Assembly (NCBI RefSeq): GCF_964355755.1
Contig: NC_092676.1
Coordinates: 20,354,871-20,418,870 of the forward strand
Direction: 5' to 3'
DNA: 64,000 bases
DNA from: Antedon mediterranea
Taxonomy: Eukaryota; Animalia; Echinodermata
Part shown: positions 1 to 10,121 of the stretch, piece after piece
Position numbering within the stretch: position 1 is the first letter of the stretch
Layout: each line of letters starts with the position of its first letter
Program-made: the position numbers and the translations under genes
The notes under the pieces: generated by a model
The model's database searches: none
What the model saw: only the letters and a program-made list of their open reading frames with translations
Told to the model about the DNA's origin: nothing

Positions 1-467
1 ACAAAGAAAGTGTTAGTTAGATATTACCAAACTGATATATATTTGCTATATTTTGTTATATTTACAAACTATTATAATTTCATAAGATTGACAACGTATT
101 GAAACTGTGTGTTAGTTTCGGTTGCTAACAGCTACCATGAAAAAAATTCCCATTTTATTTATTTTTAAGTTTAAGTGTTTACTTTGCTTACTAATACTTT
201 GTACAGTGCTAAACATTTCCTCAAACTCTGTATATTTATAGTTTAAACAGATTTGTGTTTCTTTAATCTGTGTTTTGGCCTGATGCTAAAATTCTGATCA
301 GGCATCATCATAAAAAAGTCTTTTATGATATGAATCTACATGTAAATGATATGCTATATAAAATTATTGATTTTTTTTGGTTAAAATATTTTCCAAACAA
401 TGCAACACTGTGATGTGTCCTCTCTATGAAACAATGTTCTTTTTTTACTGTGAGTTTCTGAAAAAAG

Positions 468-1718
468 TTATTGTTCCTGATTATTTCTCCTATGTAAAAT
501 AATAATGTGGTACTTTAGCATCTTTTTTGCTAACTTCTTTTCTGTGATTGTCTTCATCTGTGTTCTGATCTCTATTGTAGATGTAGTTAGTCTCAGCACT
601 TGTTGCTGTATCTTTAATTGTGTGGTACACTCCATCAGCATGTACTGTAGGTGGAACGTTGGTAGAATGAACACCACTATTAAAAGAATCATTGTCGCTG
701 ATGCCAGGATTATTGTTAGTTTGTTTGTACTCTCCTCCTGAGCAGTTGCATTAGTTGGCATACTTTTGCATTGATTAGTTGTATTAGTTGGCATACTTTT
801 GCATTGATTAATTGCATTAGTTGGCATACTGTCTTTCACTGTAAATTCTATCTCATCAGAGCTGCTTTGAGAAATAGTTGTCACCAGACACTTTACACTG
901 TAATCACCAGCTGTTAAATTGTTGAAGCATCTTTCATTGTCATCATTACCATGATAACTATTCAAGCCGTTTAATACCCAAGTATAATGTTTCTCACCAG
1001 ATCCTTCTGTCGCCTCACACTTAAAGCAATGTTCATACATTTTCTTTATTTTCACTGTTATTTGAGAGCGAACTGTTAAAAGTAATGTATAGCACTGGTT
1101 TTCACTTGCTACAGACTTAGCAATTTTGGTAACACAGTAAAAGAATATACCATCTCCCTGTTCATACCCTTTAAATGTCTGACTAAAAGGTAATGTCCAT
1201 GTGTTCCTATATAAATTATACGACTTTATAATGTTGTTTTTCCCTTGGATCCATCCAATTGTCATTTTATAATTTTTGTTTGGTTTTGTTATCTGTTTCA
1301 CCTGACATCCAATTGTTACCTGTTCACCTTCTATGATGTACTCTTCTAAGTCTTCACAGGCAATTCTCCAATTAAGATCTTGCATCTCCTTTCTTGTGAC
1401 ATGTGAAGGAATCAGAAAGTATTGATTATCATCATCTTGGCAGGTGTAAATTCCAGCATCTTGTTGTACATTGAAAGAGATGAACAGTTCACATTTAACG
1501 CTTGTCAACTTTGATGAGTATCGTTGGAAGTTACTGTTGCCAATACTATATGAACCATATAATGAAACATTATACTCTTTACTTGATGGTATGATCTTCA
1601 CAGGTTGCATCCCATTTTCTTTAGAATAATACTGTGAATCAAACTCAACATCCTGTTCTTCTGCTGTAACATCTCTGATAAACAGCAAACTGATCATCAT
1701 CATTAGACACAGCATCAT
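468..1718 (-). CDS. Ig-like type-I membrane protein, copy 1; the cytoplasmic tail is frameshifted by a 91 bp deletion (possible pseudogene)
   Basis: 416 aa ORF with a signal peptide (MMLCLMMMISLLFIRDVTA), Ig F-strand motif DAGIYTCQ, a second Ig-like domain (EGEQVTIGC...IGW...FFYCV), a third beta domain (CEATEGSG..YTW..NLTAGDY..C), a Thr/Asn-rich 11-aa stalk repeat and TM LTIILASATMILLIVVFIL. The segment equivalent to 12404-12494 of copy 2 is missing at ~665, so the tail reads out of frame. Confidence 0.75.
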   Translation of the reverse strand: MMLCLMMMISLLFIRDVTAEEQDVEFDSQYYSKENGMQPVKIIPSSKEYNVSLYGSYSIGNSNFQRYSSKLTSVKCELFISFNVQQDAGIYTCQDDDNQYFLIPSHVTRKEMQDLNWRIACEDLEEYIIEGEQVTIGCQVKQITKPNKNYKMTIGWIQGKNNIIKSYNLYRNTWTLPFSQTFKGYEQGDGIFFYCVTKIAKSVASENQCYTLLLTVRSQITVKIKKMYEHCFKCEATEGSGEKHYTWVLNGLNSYHGNDDNERCFNNLTAGDYSVKCLVTTISQSSSDEIEFTVKDSMPTNAINQCKSMPTNTTNQCKSMPTNATAQEESTNKLTIILASATMILLIVVFILPTFHLQYMLMECTTQLKIQQQVLRLTTSTIEIRTQMKTITEKKLAKKMLKYHIIILHRRNNQEQ

Positions 1719-1952
1719 TTTTGTTTATGAATAAGTTTAATGAATTGAACTTGTTGTTTGATAACTTGGTCGAAGTAAACAGATTCCTATTTCAACTGCA
1801 TCTATTTCTGCTATGGTTAAACAAAACAAAATATTTTGCAATAAGGAAATAAAAACCTATAATGTCCTTTTTTAGGTGCCATCATGTGTACTTATTTATA
1901 TTAAAAATAAAACTTTACTTTCTATTCCCAAAGTAAACTTAATATACTTTTG

Positions 1953-3469
1953 GGCGCTAATGCAGTTTCGTACCCACCCCTTAAAATTACTCAAAATCTT
2001 CATCCAACCTACTCACGAGTTGTCTACAACATTCTGCAATCATAAAATTGTAAAAAATCGGAATTTTTTTATTTAAAACTATTTTTAATCAATTAATACT
2101 GAGCACCCTTCGGAAATACATCGCCAGCTTAGCTTCGCGAAAATCATCGCTAGGCCTGCCGATAAAAGTACGGAGGCCTCACAGGACATTAACTCTATTA
2201 ATAGAGTAAACAGTTGCGTTCTATAGAGGGCGTAGTTACTAACGTTTAAAGCACGCACCAAATAATTATAATTTTCATTATTTCCGACATGCGTTTCGTA
2301 TTTTTAATAAAGAAAAGAAATACTATACAATTGCTGTATTCATCATTGTGGGTATCATCATAATTATGTTATGTTTTTAATTTGTTCTTTCATTTTACTA
2401 GTAGAATTTCACACATAAAAGAAGATAAATATGGAACTGCTGACTCTTGAAGATATAAGTACTGACCAATTTTCCTCTGTTTTAGTTTATTTTACATTAT
2501 GGTTTGTAGGTCAAATAAATAAATGAAATGAATAAAAAGAATTACAGTACTTCATTCCTGAGTTACATTGTTAATGTTATAACACAATAATCAAGCTATG
2601 ACGAATTAATTGTTTTAGTATTTGTTATCACTAGCTAGTACTAGAAACGCTAATGGTTTCCCTGTTTTAAGATTTTATAGAAGTATATTATTATTAATTA
2701 ACATTTTTTATTCACCTATGAAAGACCTCTTCAAATACATGGAAATAGGAAATGCAACAAAAACAGAAAGATATAATTTATTGAAATGTAATGTACAGTA
2801 ATACAATAATTATAATAAAAATGTTTTCCATCAATTACTAGAATTTATTTTACTTCTGCTGACACTGAATACATCATTTCATGTCTTTTATTTCTTCTTT
2901 TTTATCTTCTTTCCTGTTGTGTTTATTAAAATAAAATCAAATAAAACATTACATAATGAAGAAACTATTCATTAATTTATTTCAACAATATTTTATGAGG
3001 GTGGTCCATCCAGCCGAAGCTGATCATTAGGGACCCTTACAAAAAATGTAATTTGACAAGACAATAACACACAATATTCAAAATAAATAGAAGTTCTAAA
3101 AATTAACAACATAATTAAACACAAAATATTTCTTTATGAAAAAAACTTAAAATCCGTTTCACGAGGAACATGTAAAAAATATTTTATTATCGCCATAATA
3201 TGATCATAACAGCGTCCTCTATAGATCGATGCCCTATGAGGCCTCCGTACTTTCATCGGCAAGCCTAGCGATGATTTTCGCGAAGCTAAGCTGGCGATGG
3301 AAGGGTGCTCAATTATTAATTGATTAAAAATAGTTATAAATAAGAAATTATCGATATTTTACCATTTTATGCTTGCTGAATGCTGTAGACAACTCGTGAG
3401 TAGGCTAGATGAAGTATTGAAATCATTTTGAGTAATTTTAAGGGGTGGGTACGAAACTGCATTAGCGCC
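1953..3469. mobile_element. Non-autonomous DNA transposon (foldback/MITE) with ~230-280 bp imperfect TIRs
   Basis: Begins GGCGCTAATGCAGTTTCGTACCCACCCCTTAAAATTACTC and ends with its reverse complement. Flanked by ACTTTTG at 1946-1952 and 3470-3476. The empty site is present in the paralogous units (13741 TACTTTTGTTTATGACTC; ~16371). Confidence 0.9.
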
Positions 3470-3865
3470 ACTTTTGTTTATGACTCGTTCTGTAACTTTC
3501 AACTTTTCAGTTTAAAATATTAAAATACACATCCAAGCTTGAAAAATATATGTCGTCGTAATTGTACTCAGTATTGTGAGCCTAATTATGTCTGGAAACA
3601 AATTTTTCCATTAAACAATTATAAGCAAAGTAATAGTTTAGTTAACATTGTATTTTAATATTAATGCGAATTCGCTTTTTGTAAGACTATTTTTAAATAG
3701 TTTTAAAAAAAGAATAGAATAGAATATATCGTTAAAATTGCTCAATTAGCGGATGACACCGTAATTTTTTCACATGACGAAGGTAGTTTAAAATATTTCT
3801 TTAATGAGATTGAGTCTTTTTGTAGTGTTTCAGGGTTAACATTAAATAGAAAAAAGACAAATGGT

Positions 3866-5184
3866 ATGTGGATTGGTGTAAACGAAAATAGTGTTTCAAA
3901 ACCATTAGATATTACATGGACTAGTGAACCTGTTAAATTTTTAGGAATCCATATAGGTTACAATAAGCATTTATGTGAAAAGAGAAACTGGGACAAAAAA
4001 ATTACCAACCTAGAAAACGTATTAAATTTATGGAAAAGAAGGAATCTTACCTTTTTTGGTAAAATAACTATTATAAAAACACTTGCATTGTCTAAGTTTA
4101 TATATAACGCAAGTATAATTGATGTTCCCAAAGATATAGTTAAACAAATAGAAAAACTATTATATACGTTCCTATGGGGAACCAGAAGGGAAAAGATAAA
4201 GAGAATAACCTTAATTAAAAATATTAAGGAAGGTGGTTTAAACATGCCAGATATTAGCTCTGTGGTTGAATCACTTAAACTGAATTGGGTCAAGCGACTG
4301 TTAAGTCCAGATCCAGGTAAATGGAAATGCATACCAAAATATTTCCTTCACCCAATTGAATATACAATAAAAAGTACTAAACTTAATGTACATGATCATG
4401 CTAACTTGAGAGATATGCTGTATATACTGGAGAGTGATGGTGTAATGGTAATATCGGACTAGCATGTGATAGGCATGGGTTCGAGGTTATCTGTACCATA
4501 CAAATTGCATCCTTAGGCAAGATGCTTTACTCTCATTGCCTAATCTGGTAGGCGCTGCACTGCTGGCTGCCGTGGGTCCGTGGAGGGCCTAATCCGAATT
4601 TCCTCACTGAGGACAAATAATAATACAAATACAAATTCTACAAGAACATGATTAATGCTGTTGTAAAATTTAATAATATTGTGTATTCAGAACCAACAAC
4701 TTTAATAGAAATAAAAAATCAACAACTATGGGAAAATAAGTTTATACTATCTAACAATAAATCATTGTACTTCAAATCATGGTTATATTCTGATTATAAA
4801 ATAATTGGTGACATATTTATAAATGATAGAGTATGTACCGCAGGTGAAATAATCTCAAATTTGTATAAAAAACATAATGGTTTAATTGAATATTTACAGC
4901 TTATGAATGCCATACCAAATGGGTGGAAAGAAATTATTAGAAAAGACAATACAAATAATCAAGATGTAGGTAATAATGACTCATTGTTGCATAAGAACAT
5001 TAAAGGATCTATCTACTATAAATATTTTATAAACAAACGTTCCACTGAACCAGGTTCACAAAGAAAATGGGAATGTGAGCTAAATAACGTAGAAATAGAT
5101 TGGAATAAAGTATGGTATTATAAGGTATACAAGATGAAACATATAGTTAAAGTTGCTCAATTCAACTTTAAACTCTTACATTGA
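3866..5184 (+). pseudogene. LINE ORF2 reverse transcriptase fragment (disrupted)
   Basis: ORFs 3866-4462 and 4648-5184 are split by the SINE insertion. In-frame TGA at 5182-5184. Confidence 0.8.
4429..4633 (+). mobile_element. tRNA-derived SINE inserted in LINE ORF2
   Basis: A-box-like TGGTGTAATGGT, B-box-like GGTTCGAGG, core TCCTTAGGCAAGATGCTTTAC and an A-rich tail AAATAATAATACAAATACAAA. It interrupts the LINE frame. Confidence 0.7.
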
Positions 5185-5212
5185 ATATTACCGTGTAAAA
5201 AAAGATTAAAAT

Positions 5213-5357
5213 TGACAAGTATTTACACTTGATTAGAATATTGTAATGACATATGAGCTTTGACACGGAACTGAATAAACGACCTCTTTGGTCACGAACC
5301 TGATCGAGCGTGTATGACTATGAATTATATGATATTCTAAAGTCTCAAAACATGTCA
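5213..5357 (+). repeat. 5' LTR
   Basis: TGACAAGT...ACATGTCA, direct repeat of 9565-9709, contains AATAAA. Confidence 0.95.
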
Positions 5358-5424
5358 ATGGCGACGAGGATTGGTATACAAAGTATATAGGCGTATTACG
5401 TGAGTTATATACAAGTTACTGAGA

Positions 5425-5799
5425 ATGATTAGGCTAGACACATTGGACAATATTCCACCATTTGAGGTAGGAAACGATCCAACTAATTTAGCGGCAAGAT
5501 GGCGGCAGTGGAAAAAGGCCGTGCATATTCTCATCACAGCGAAAGGCGTGACAGACGCGACACAGAGAGAGGCAATTTTATTGCATGCGGGAGGCATACG
5601 CCTGCAAGAAATTTATTTTACATTGCCCGAAATAGTTGTTGAAGACGGAGAGGCGAGACCTTCTGCTTATGAAATCGCCATAAAGAAGCTTGATGCTTAT
5701 TTTGAACCTCAAGTGAACTCACCATTTGAGAGACATAAATTTAGGAAATTAAGCCAATTTGAAGCAGAATCGGTAACAAATTTTATAATATATATATAA
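5425..5799 (+). CDS. Gypsy gag N-terminal fragment
   Basis: ARWRQWKK...EAILLHAGG...KLDAYFEPQVN..FERHKFRKLSQ..ESV is typical Gypsy capsid sequence. It ends in an AT-run and is out of frame with the downstream ORF. Confidence 0.85.
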   Translation: MIRLDTLDNIPPFEVGNDPTNLAARWRQWKKAVHILITAKGVTDATQREAILLHAGGIRLQEIYFTLPEIVVEDGEARPSAYEIAIKKLDAYFEPQVNSPFERHKFRKLSQFEAESVTNFIIYI

Positions 5800-5804
5800 A
5801 GAAA

Positions 5805-8800
5805 GTGTTGTTACAAAAAGGTAACGATTTGACTCTACCAAAAGCAGTCAACATAGCAAACTCATTTGAGCTAGTACAGAAGCAGTCGGAGACTATGGCA
5901 ACGGGCAGTACTAGTAGAACAAGTAATGTAAATGCAGTTCATCATCGTACAAATCATAGAGGTGCATCGAATGACAGAAGTAGTGGTAGTGGCAAGTATT
6001 ATAAACATAAACAAACACATCAGCAGCAACAGAATCCATGTTATAGGTGTGGAAGAGGCAGACACAAGCCGGAAGATTGTTGGTTTAAAGAGAAAGACTG
6101 TAACAATTGCAAGAAAAAGGGACACATTGCATCACAATGCAGAACAAGAAAGAATACGAGTACCAGTAAGCGACAACAACAACAAAATCAAGTACAAGCT
6201 GAAGAAAGCACTAGTGAAGAAAGTGATGACAGTGTAATGATGGCTTCAATGATCAGCGAGTCTAATGCTTCTAACCCAATAAAAGTTGATCTTGAACTAA
6301 ATGGACAGAAATTTGACTTTGAGGTTGATACAGGTGCTACATTCACTGTTGTACCTGAATGCGTATACACAAAATTATCAAATGTTTCTCTTTTAGAGAC
6401 CAATATCTTTTTTAAAAGTTTTACAGGTGAACGGGTTAAACCCTTAGGTACATGTACTGTAAATGTGCAGTATAAAAACCAATGTAAGAAACTAGATATG
6501 TATGTTGTAAAAGAAACCAATCAATTGTTATTTGGCAGAGATTGGCTGCAACACATTCAACTAAATTGGTCGGAACTAATACATAGCCCACACTATGTTA
6601 ACATTGTAAATGTCGATGCTCAGATAAACAAAATACTAAATGAACACAAAAGTTTGTTTAATGGCAAATTAGGTCAACTTAAGCATACTAAAGCCCATAT
6701 TGAAATGAGAGAGGGGGCTACACCTATTATCAGTAAATGTCATCGTGTACCCTATGCTTTAAAAGAACCAGTTAACAACGAAATTGACCGATTAGTCGAA
6801 CAGGGAATATTAACACCTGTTAAGCATACAGAATGGGCTAGTTCAATAGTGACCATAAAGAAAGGAGAGGGTATCCGAATTTGTGGTAATTATAAAACGA
6901 CTATTAATCAAAATTTGAAACCAGTGGCCCCGCCCAATATTAATGTAGACGATATCTTATCAAAACTGGCAGGGGGACAGAAATATTCAACGTTAGATTT
7001 AACACAGGCATATAATCAGATGGAGCTTACTGAACCATCAAAGGGTCTGTTAACGTTAATAACTGAGAAAGGTTTCTACCAAGTAAATCGACTTGTTTAC
7101 GGTGTGGCTTCTGCCCCATCTATTTGGCAAAATGCGATGCTTAAAATTATTATTGGCCTAGAACAAGTCATGGTTTATTTGGATGATATAATAATAACAG
7201 GAAAAGATGATGCTGAACATCTTAAGAATTTGGAAAAAGTTTTGATTCGATTGGAAGAGGAAGGTGTAAAACTAAAACGTGATAAATGTCATTTCATGAA
7301 AGAATCTGTTACATATTTGGGTCATGTAATTGATAAAGATGGGGTGCATAAAAGTCCCATTAAAGTTGATCAAATTATGCAAATTCCACTTCCACAAGAT
7401 GTTGGACAAATGAGATCATATTTGGGCATGATAAATTATTATCAATCATTCATTCCAAATTTAGCTACCTTATTGAGACCATTATATGCAATGATATGTA
7501 AAGGTAAATCATTTGTGTGGACTGAAGAAGCGCGAACAGCTTTTGATAATTCAAAGCAAGCACTGGCTAACTCAGGTTTTTTGGTACATTTTGACTCAAG
7601 TTTACCAGTCAAAATTGCGACGGATGCTTCACCGTATGGGGTGAGTGCTATACTTAGCCATATGATCGATGAGCAAGAGCGTCCAGTCAAAATTGCTTCA
7701 CGCGCATTAACTAAAGCGGAACAAAATTATCCTCAGATAGAACGAGAAGCGTTGGGAATTATTTTTGCGCTAAAGAAGTATTATCCATATATTTATGGAA
7801 GAAAATTTACACTGATAACGGATAATAAACCTTTGGTTACCATATTTGGGCCTAAAAAGGGTCTACCAGTGTTAGCTGCGGAGAGAATGCAACGTTGGGC
7901 ATTATTTGTAGCCGGGTTCAACTATGATATTGAATTCAGATGTAGTAAGGCAAATGCTAACGTAGATTGTTTCTCCAGGTTACTAATTGATAAAGCGGAA
8001 AACATAAACATAGATGTAAATGTTAACTTTATGGACATGATAAATGCATTGCCTATAACAGCTGACGAAATTAGTAAAATGACTAGTAGAGATAAACATC
8101 TAAGTAAAGTGAAACGCCTAATAATGAATGGTTGGGTGTCAAATGATGATAAAACCATAGAACCATATTATTTAAGACGTAATGAATTATCGATAGAAAA
8201 AGGTTGTATTTTGTGGGGAGAGAGAGTAGTACTCCCTCCAAGGCTCCGTAGCAGGGTCATGGATGATCTACATTGTGGTCACCTGGGAGTTGTTAAAATG
8301 AAGAGCATTGCTCGCTCTTATATTTGGTTTCCGAATATTGATTCTGAAATTGAACAGTTGGCTAAGGCATGCGATCCTTGCCAACGTATTCAAAATAGAC
8401 CAGCCACAGTGCCGATGCATCCCTGGGTACCTGCTAGGGAACGTTGGGAAAGAATTCATATTGATTTCGCCGGTCCATTTCAAGGAAAAATGTTCCTTAT
8501 TGTAGTTGATGCATTTAGTAAATGGCCAGAAGTAAAAATAATGAATTCGACCACATCCACGAACACAATTGAAGCACTTCGACAAATGTTTAGTCAATGG
8601 GGTCTTCCACAAATAGTAGTTTCGGATAATGGAAGTCAGTTTACGGCTTCAGAATTTAAGGATTTTATGAGAGCAAATGGCATAATTCATAAGTATTCAT
8701 GTCCAGGTCATCCGGCTACTAATGGTCAGGCCGAGAGATTTGTTCAAACAATGAAACAAGGTTTGAAAGCCGCAATTGATGATAAATGTTCAATTCAAAC

Positions 8801-9365
8801 AAGGTTAAGTAAATTTCTGTTAGCGTACAGAAACGCTGAACACAGTGTAACTAAACAATCACCTGCTCAATTGTTTGTAAAGAGACAGCTGAGAACAAGA
8901 TTAGATTTACTTAGACCTAATGTTAATATAACAGTTAGAGATCACTTACATAAAGAGATGGAAAAATCTAATAAGAAAATGAGAAGTTTTGTTGTGAATG
9001 ATCAAGTATATGTAAGAGATTTTAGGAAGGAAGGGAGTCACAAAATTAAATGGGCTCCAGGAACCATAGTTGAAAAAAAAGGTCCATTAAAATATATTGT
9101 TAAAGTGGGATCATACACATGGAAAAGGCATACAAATCAAATCAGATCTAGAATGGCTGATGTTTCAGAAACCGAGACCGGTAATCTGGAGGATTTGTTA
9201 GACCAATTGCTTGATAATGATAATTTAGAAAGTAATGTAATAAATGACAAAGTTACGGTAGTACCGGAAACACCCACTAGGACCCCAGCTCCAGTGCGAA
9301 GGTCAAATAGAGTTAGAAAAGAAAGAATGAGATTAATTGAAGAATGTTATCTAGGAAACGGGTAG
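5805..9365 (+). CDS. Gypsy gag C-terminus/pol polyprotein (zinc knuckles, protease, RT, RNase H, integrase)
   Basis: 1186 aa: CYRCGRGRHKPEDC and CNNCKKKGHIASQC knuckles, VDTGA protease, YLDD RT, TDAS RNase H, HHCC zinc finger, and integrase core IHIDFAGP...SDNG...NGQAERFVQT. Confidence 0.95.
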   Translation: MLLQKGNDLTLPKAVNIANSFELVQKQSETMATGSTSRTSNVNAVHHRTNHRGASNDRSSGSGKYYKHKQTHQQQQNPCYRCGRGRHKPEDCWFKEKDCNNCKKKGHIASQCRTRKNTSTSKRQQQQNQVQAEESTSEESDDSVMMASMISESNASNPIKVDLELNGQKFDFEVDTGATFTVVPECVYTKLSNVSLLETNIFFKSFTGERVKPLGTCTVNVQYKNQCKKLDMYVVKETNQLLFGRDWLQHIQLNWSELIHSPHYVNIVNVDAQINKILNEHKSLFNGKLGQLKHTKAHIEMREGATPIISKCHRVPYALKEPVNNEIDRLVEQGILTPVKHTEWASSIVTIKKGEGIRICGNYKTTINQNLKPVAPPNINVDDILSKLAGGQKYSTLDLTQAYNQMELTEPSKGLLTLITEKGFYQVNRLVYGVASAPSIWQNAMLKIIIGLEQVMVYLDDIIITGKDDAEHLKNLEKVLIRLEEEGVKLKRDKCHFMKESVTYLGHVIDKDGVHKSPIKVDQIMQIPLPQDVGQMRSYLGMINYYQSFIPNLATLLRPLYAMICKGKSFVWTEEARTAFDNSKQALANSGFLVHFDSSLPVKIATDASPYGVSAILSHMIDEQERPVKIASRALTKAEQNYPQIEREALGIIFALKKYYPYIYGRKFTLITDNKPLVTIFGPKKGLPVLAAERMQRWALFVAGFNYDIEFRCSKANANVDCFSRLLIDKAENINIDVNVNFMDMINALPITADEISKMTSRDKHLSKVKRLIMNGWVSNDDKTIEPYYLRRNELSIEKGCILWGERVVLPPRLRSRVMDDLHCGHLGVVKMKSIARSYIWFPNIDSEIEQLAKACDPCQRIQNRPATVPMHPWVPARERWERIHIDFAGPFQGKMFLIVVDAFSKWPEVKIMNSTTSTNTIEALRQMFSQWGLPQIVVSDNGSQFTASEFKDFMRANGIIHKYSCPGHPATNGQAERFVQTMKQGLKAAIDDKCSIQTRLSKFLLAYRNAEHSVTKQSPAQLFVKRQLRTRLDLLRPNVNITVRDHLHKEMEKSNKKMRSFVVNDQVYVRDFRKEGSHKIKWAPGTIVEKKGPLKYIVKVGSYTWKRHTNQIRSRMADVSETETGNLEDLLDQLLDNDNLESNVINDKVTVVPETPTRTPAPVRRSNRVRKERMRLIEECYLGNG

Positions 9366-9564
9366 AAGAAGTAATTAAGAAAGAAACAGTCAAAGTATAA
9401 GATAGGAGAATTAACAGAATGATGTTTTATGGAATGATGAAAAGATTGTTTAAAACATTCTGGAAATGTTTTTGTTAAAATGTTTTTGTTGAAATAGTTG
9501 ATTTACTTAAAACATAACTTGTGCAAATTTATTCAGAAGATAACTTTTAATTAACAAGGGAGAA

Positions 9565-9709
9565 TGACAAGTATTTACACTTGATTATAATATTGTAATG
9601 ACATATGACCTTTGACACGGAACTGAATAAACGACCTCTTTGGTCACGAACCTGATCGAGCGTGTATGACTATGAATTATATGATATTCTAAAGTCTCAA
9701 AACATGTCA
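9565..9709 (+). repeat. 3' LTR
   Basis: Direct repeat of 5213-5357, preceded by the polypurine tract and followed by TSD AAAAT. Confidence 0.95.
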
Positions 9710-9714
9710 AAAAT

Positions 9715-10121
9715 TATGGAATTTGGCAGAAAATAATTTATGTGACAATTGTATAAATCAGATAGAAAGTGAACAGCACATGCTGTTTGAATGCAATGCC
9801 ATTCAATGGACATGGCACAAATTTAAAGGTGTGCTGGCTAATTGCTTTCCAGCTGAAGATAATATTACATGGTTTAAAATTGTTACAGGAACAAAAAACA
9901 ATATTGTAAATGAATTGATTTCTATGTTTTTATTCTGTATATACAAGGTACACATAATATCCAATGGTGGAAGAAAAGATAAAGATGATAAAAAAAAGAT
10001 CTGGATTCTTTTCACTGCTGAAGTTAAAAATCTAATAGAAAATGAACATATGTGTAACTTCATTAAGGCACAACGTAAATGGGGTGCAAAAAAGGAAACT
10101 CTGTTACAATTGATAGCATGA
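9715..10121 (+). pseudogene. LINE ORF2 C-terminal CCHC zinc-finger fragment
   Basis: CDNC...ESEQHMLFEC..W; continues the frame interrupted at 5212. Confidence 0.8.

Larger units (their letters stand above)
5213..9709 (+). mobile_element. Ty3/Gypsy LTR retrotransposon (probably Mag-like clade)
   Basis: 145 bp LTRs at 5213-5357 and 9565-9709 (TG...CA, 2 visible mismatches), 5 bp TSD AAAAT, PBS TGGCGACGAGG at 5359, PPT AAGGGAGAA at 9556-9564, and gag-pol with order PR-RT-RH-IN. Confidence 0.97.

Noticed and set aside
5871-8612. Short alternative-frame and antisense ORFs inside the Gypsy pol
   Set aside because: Shadow ORFs of the long coding frame with no motifs.
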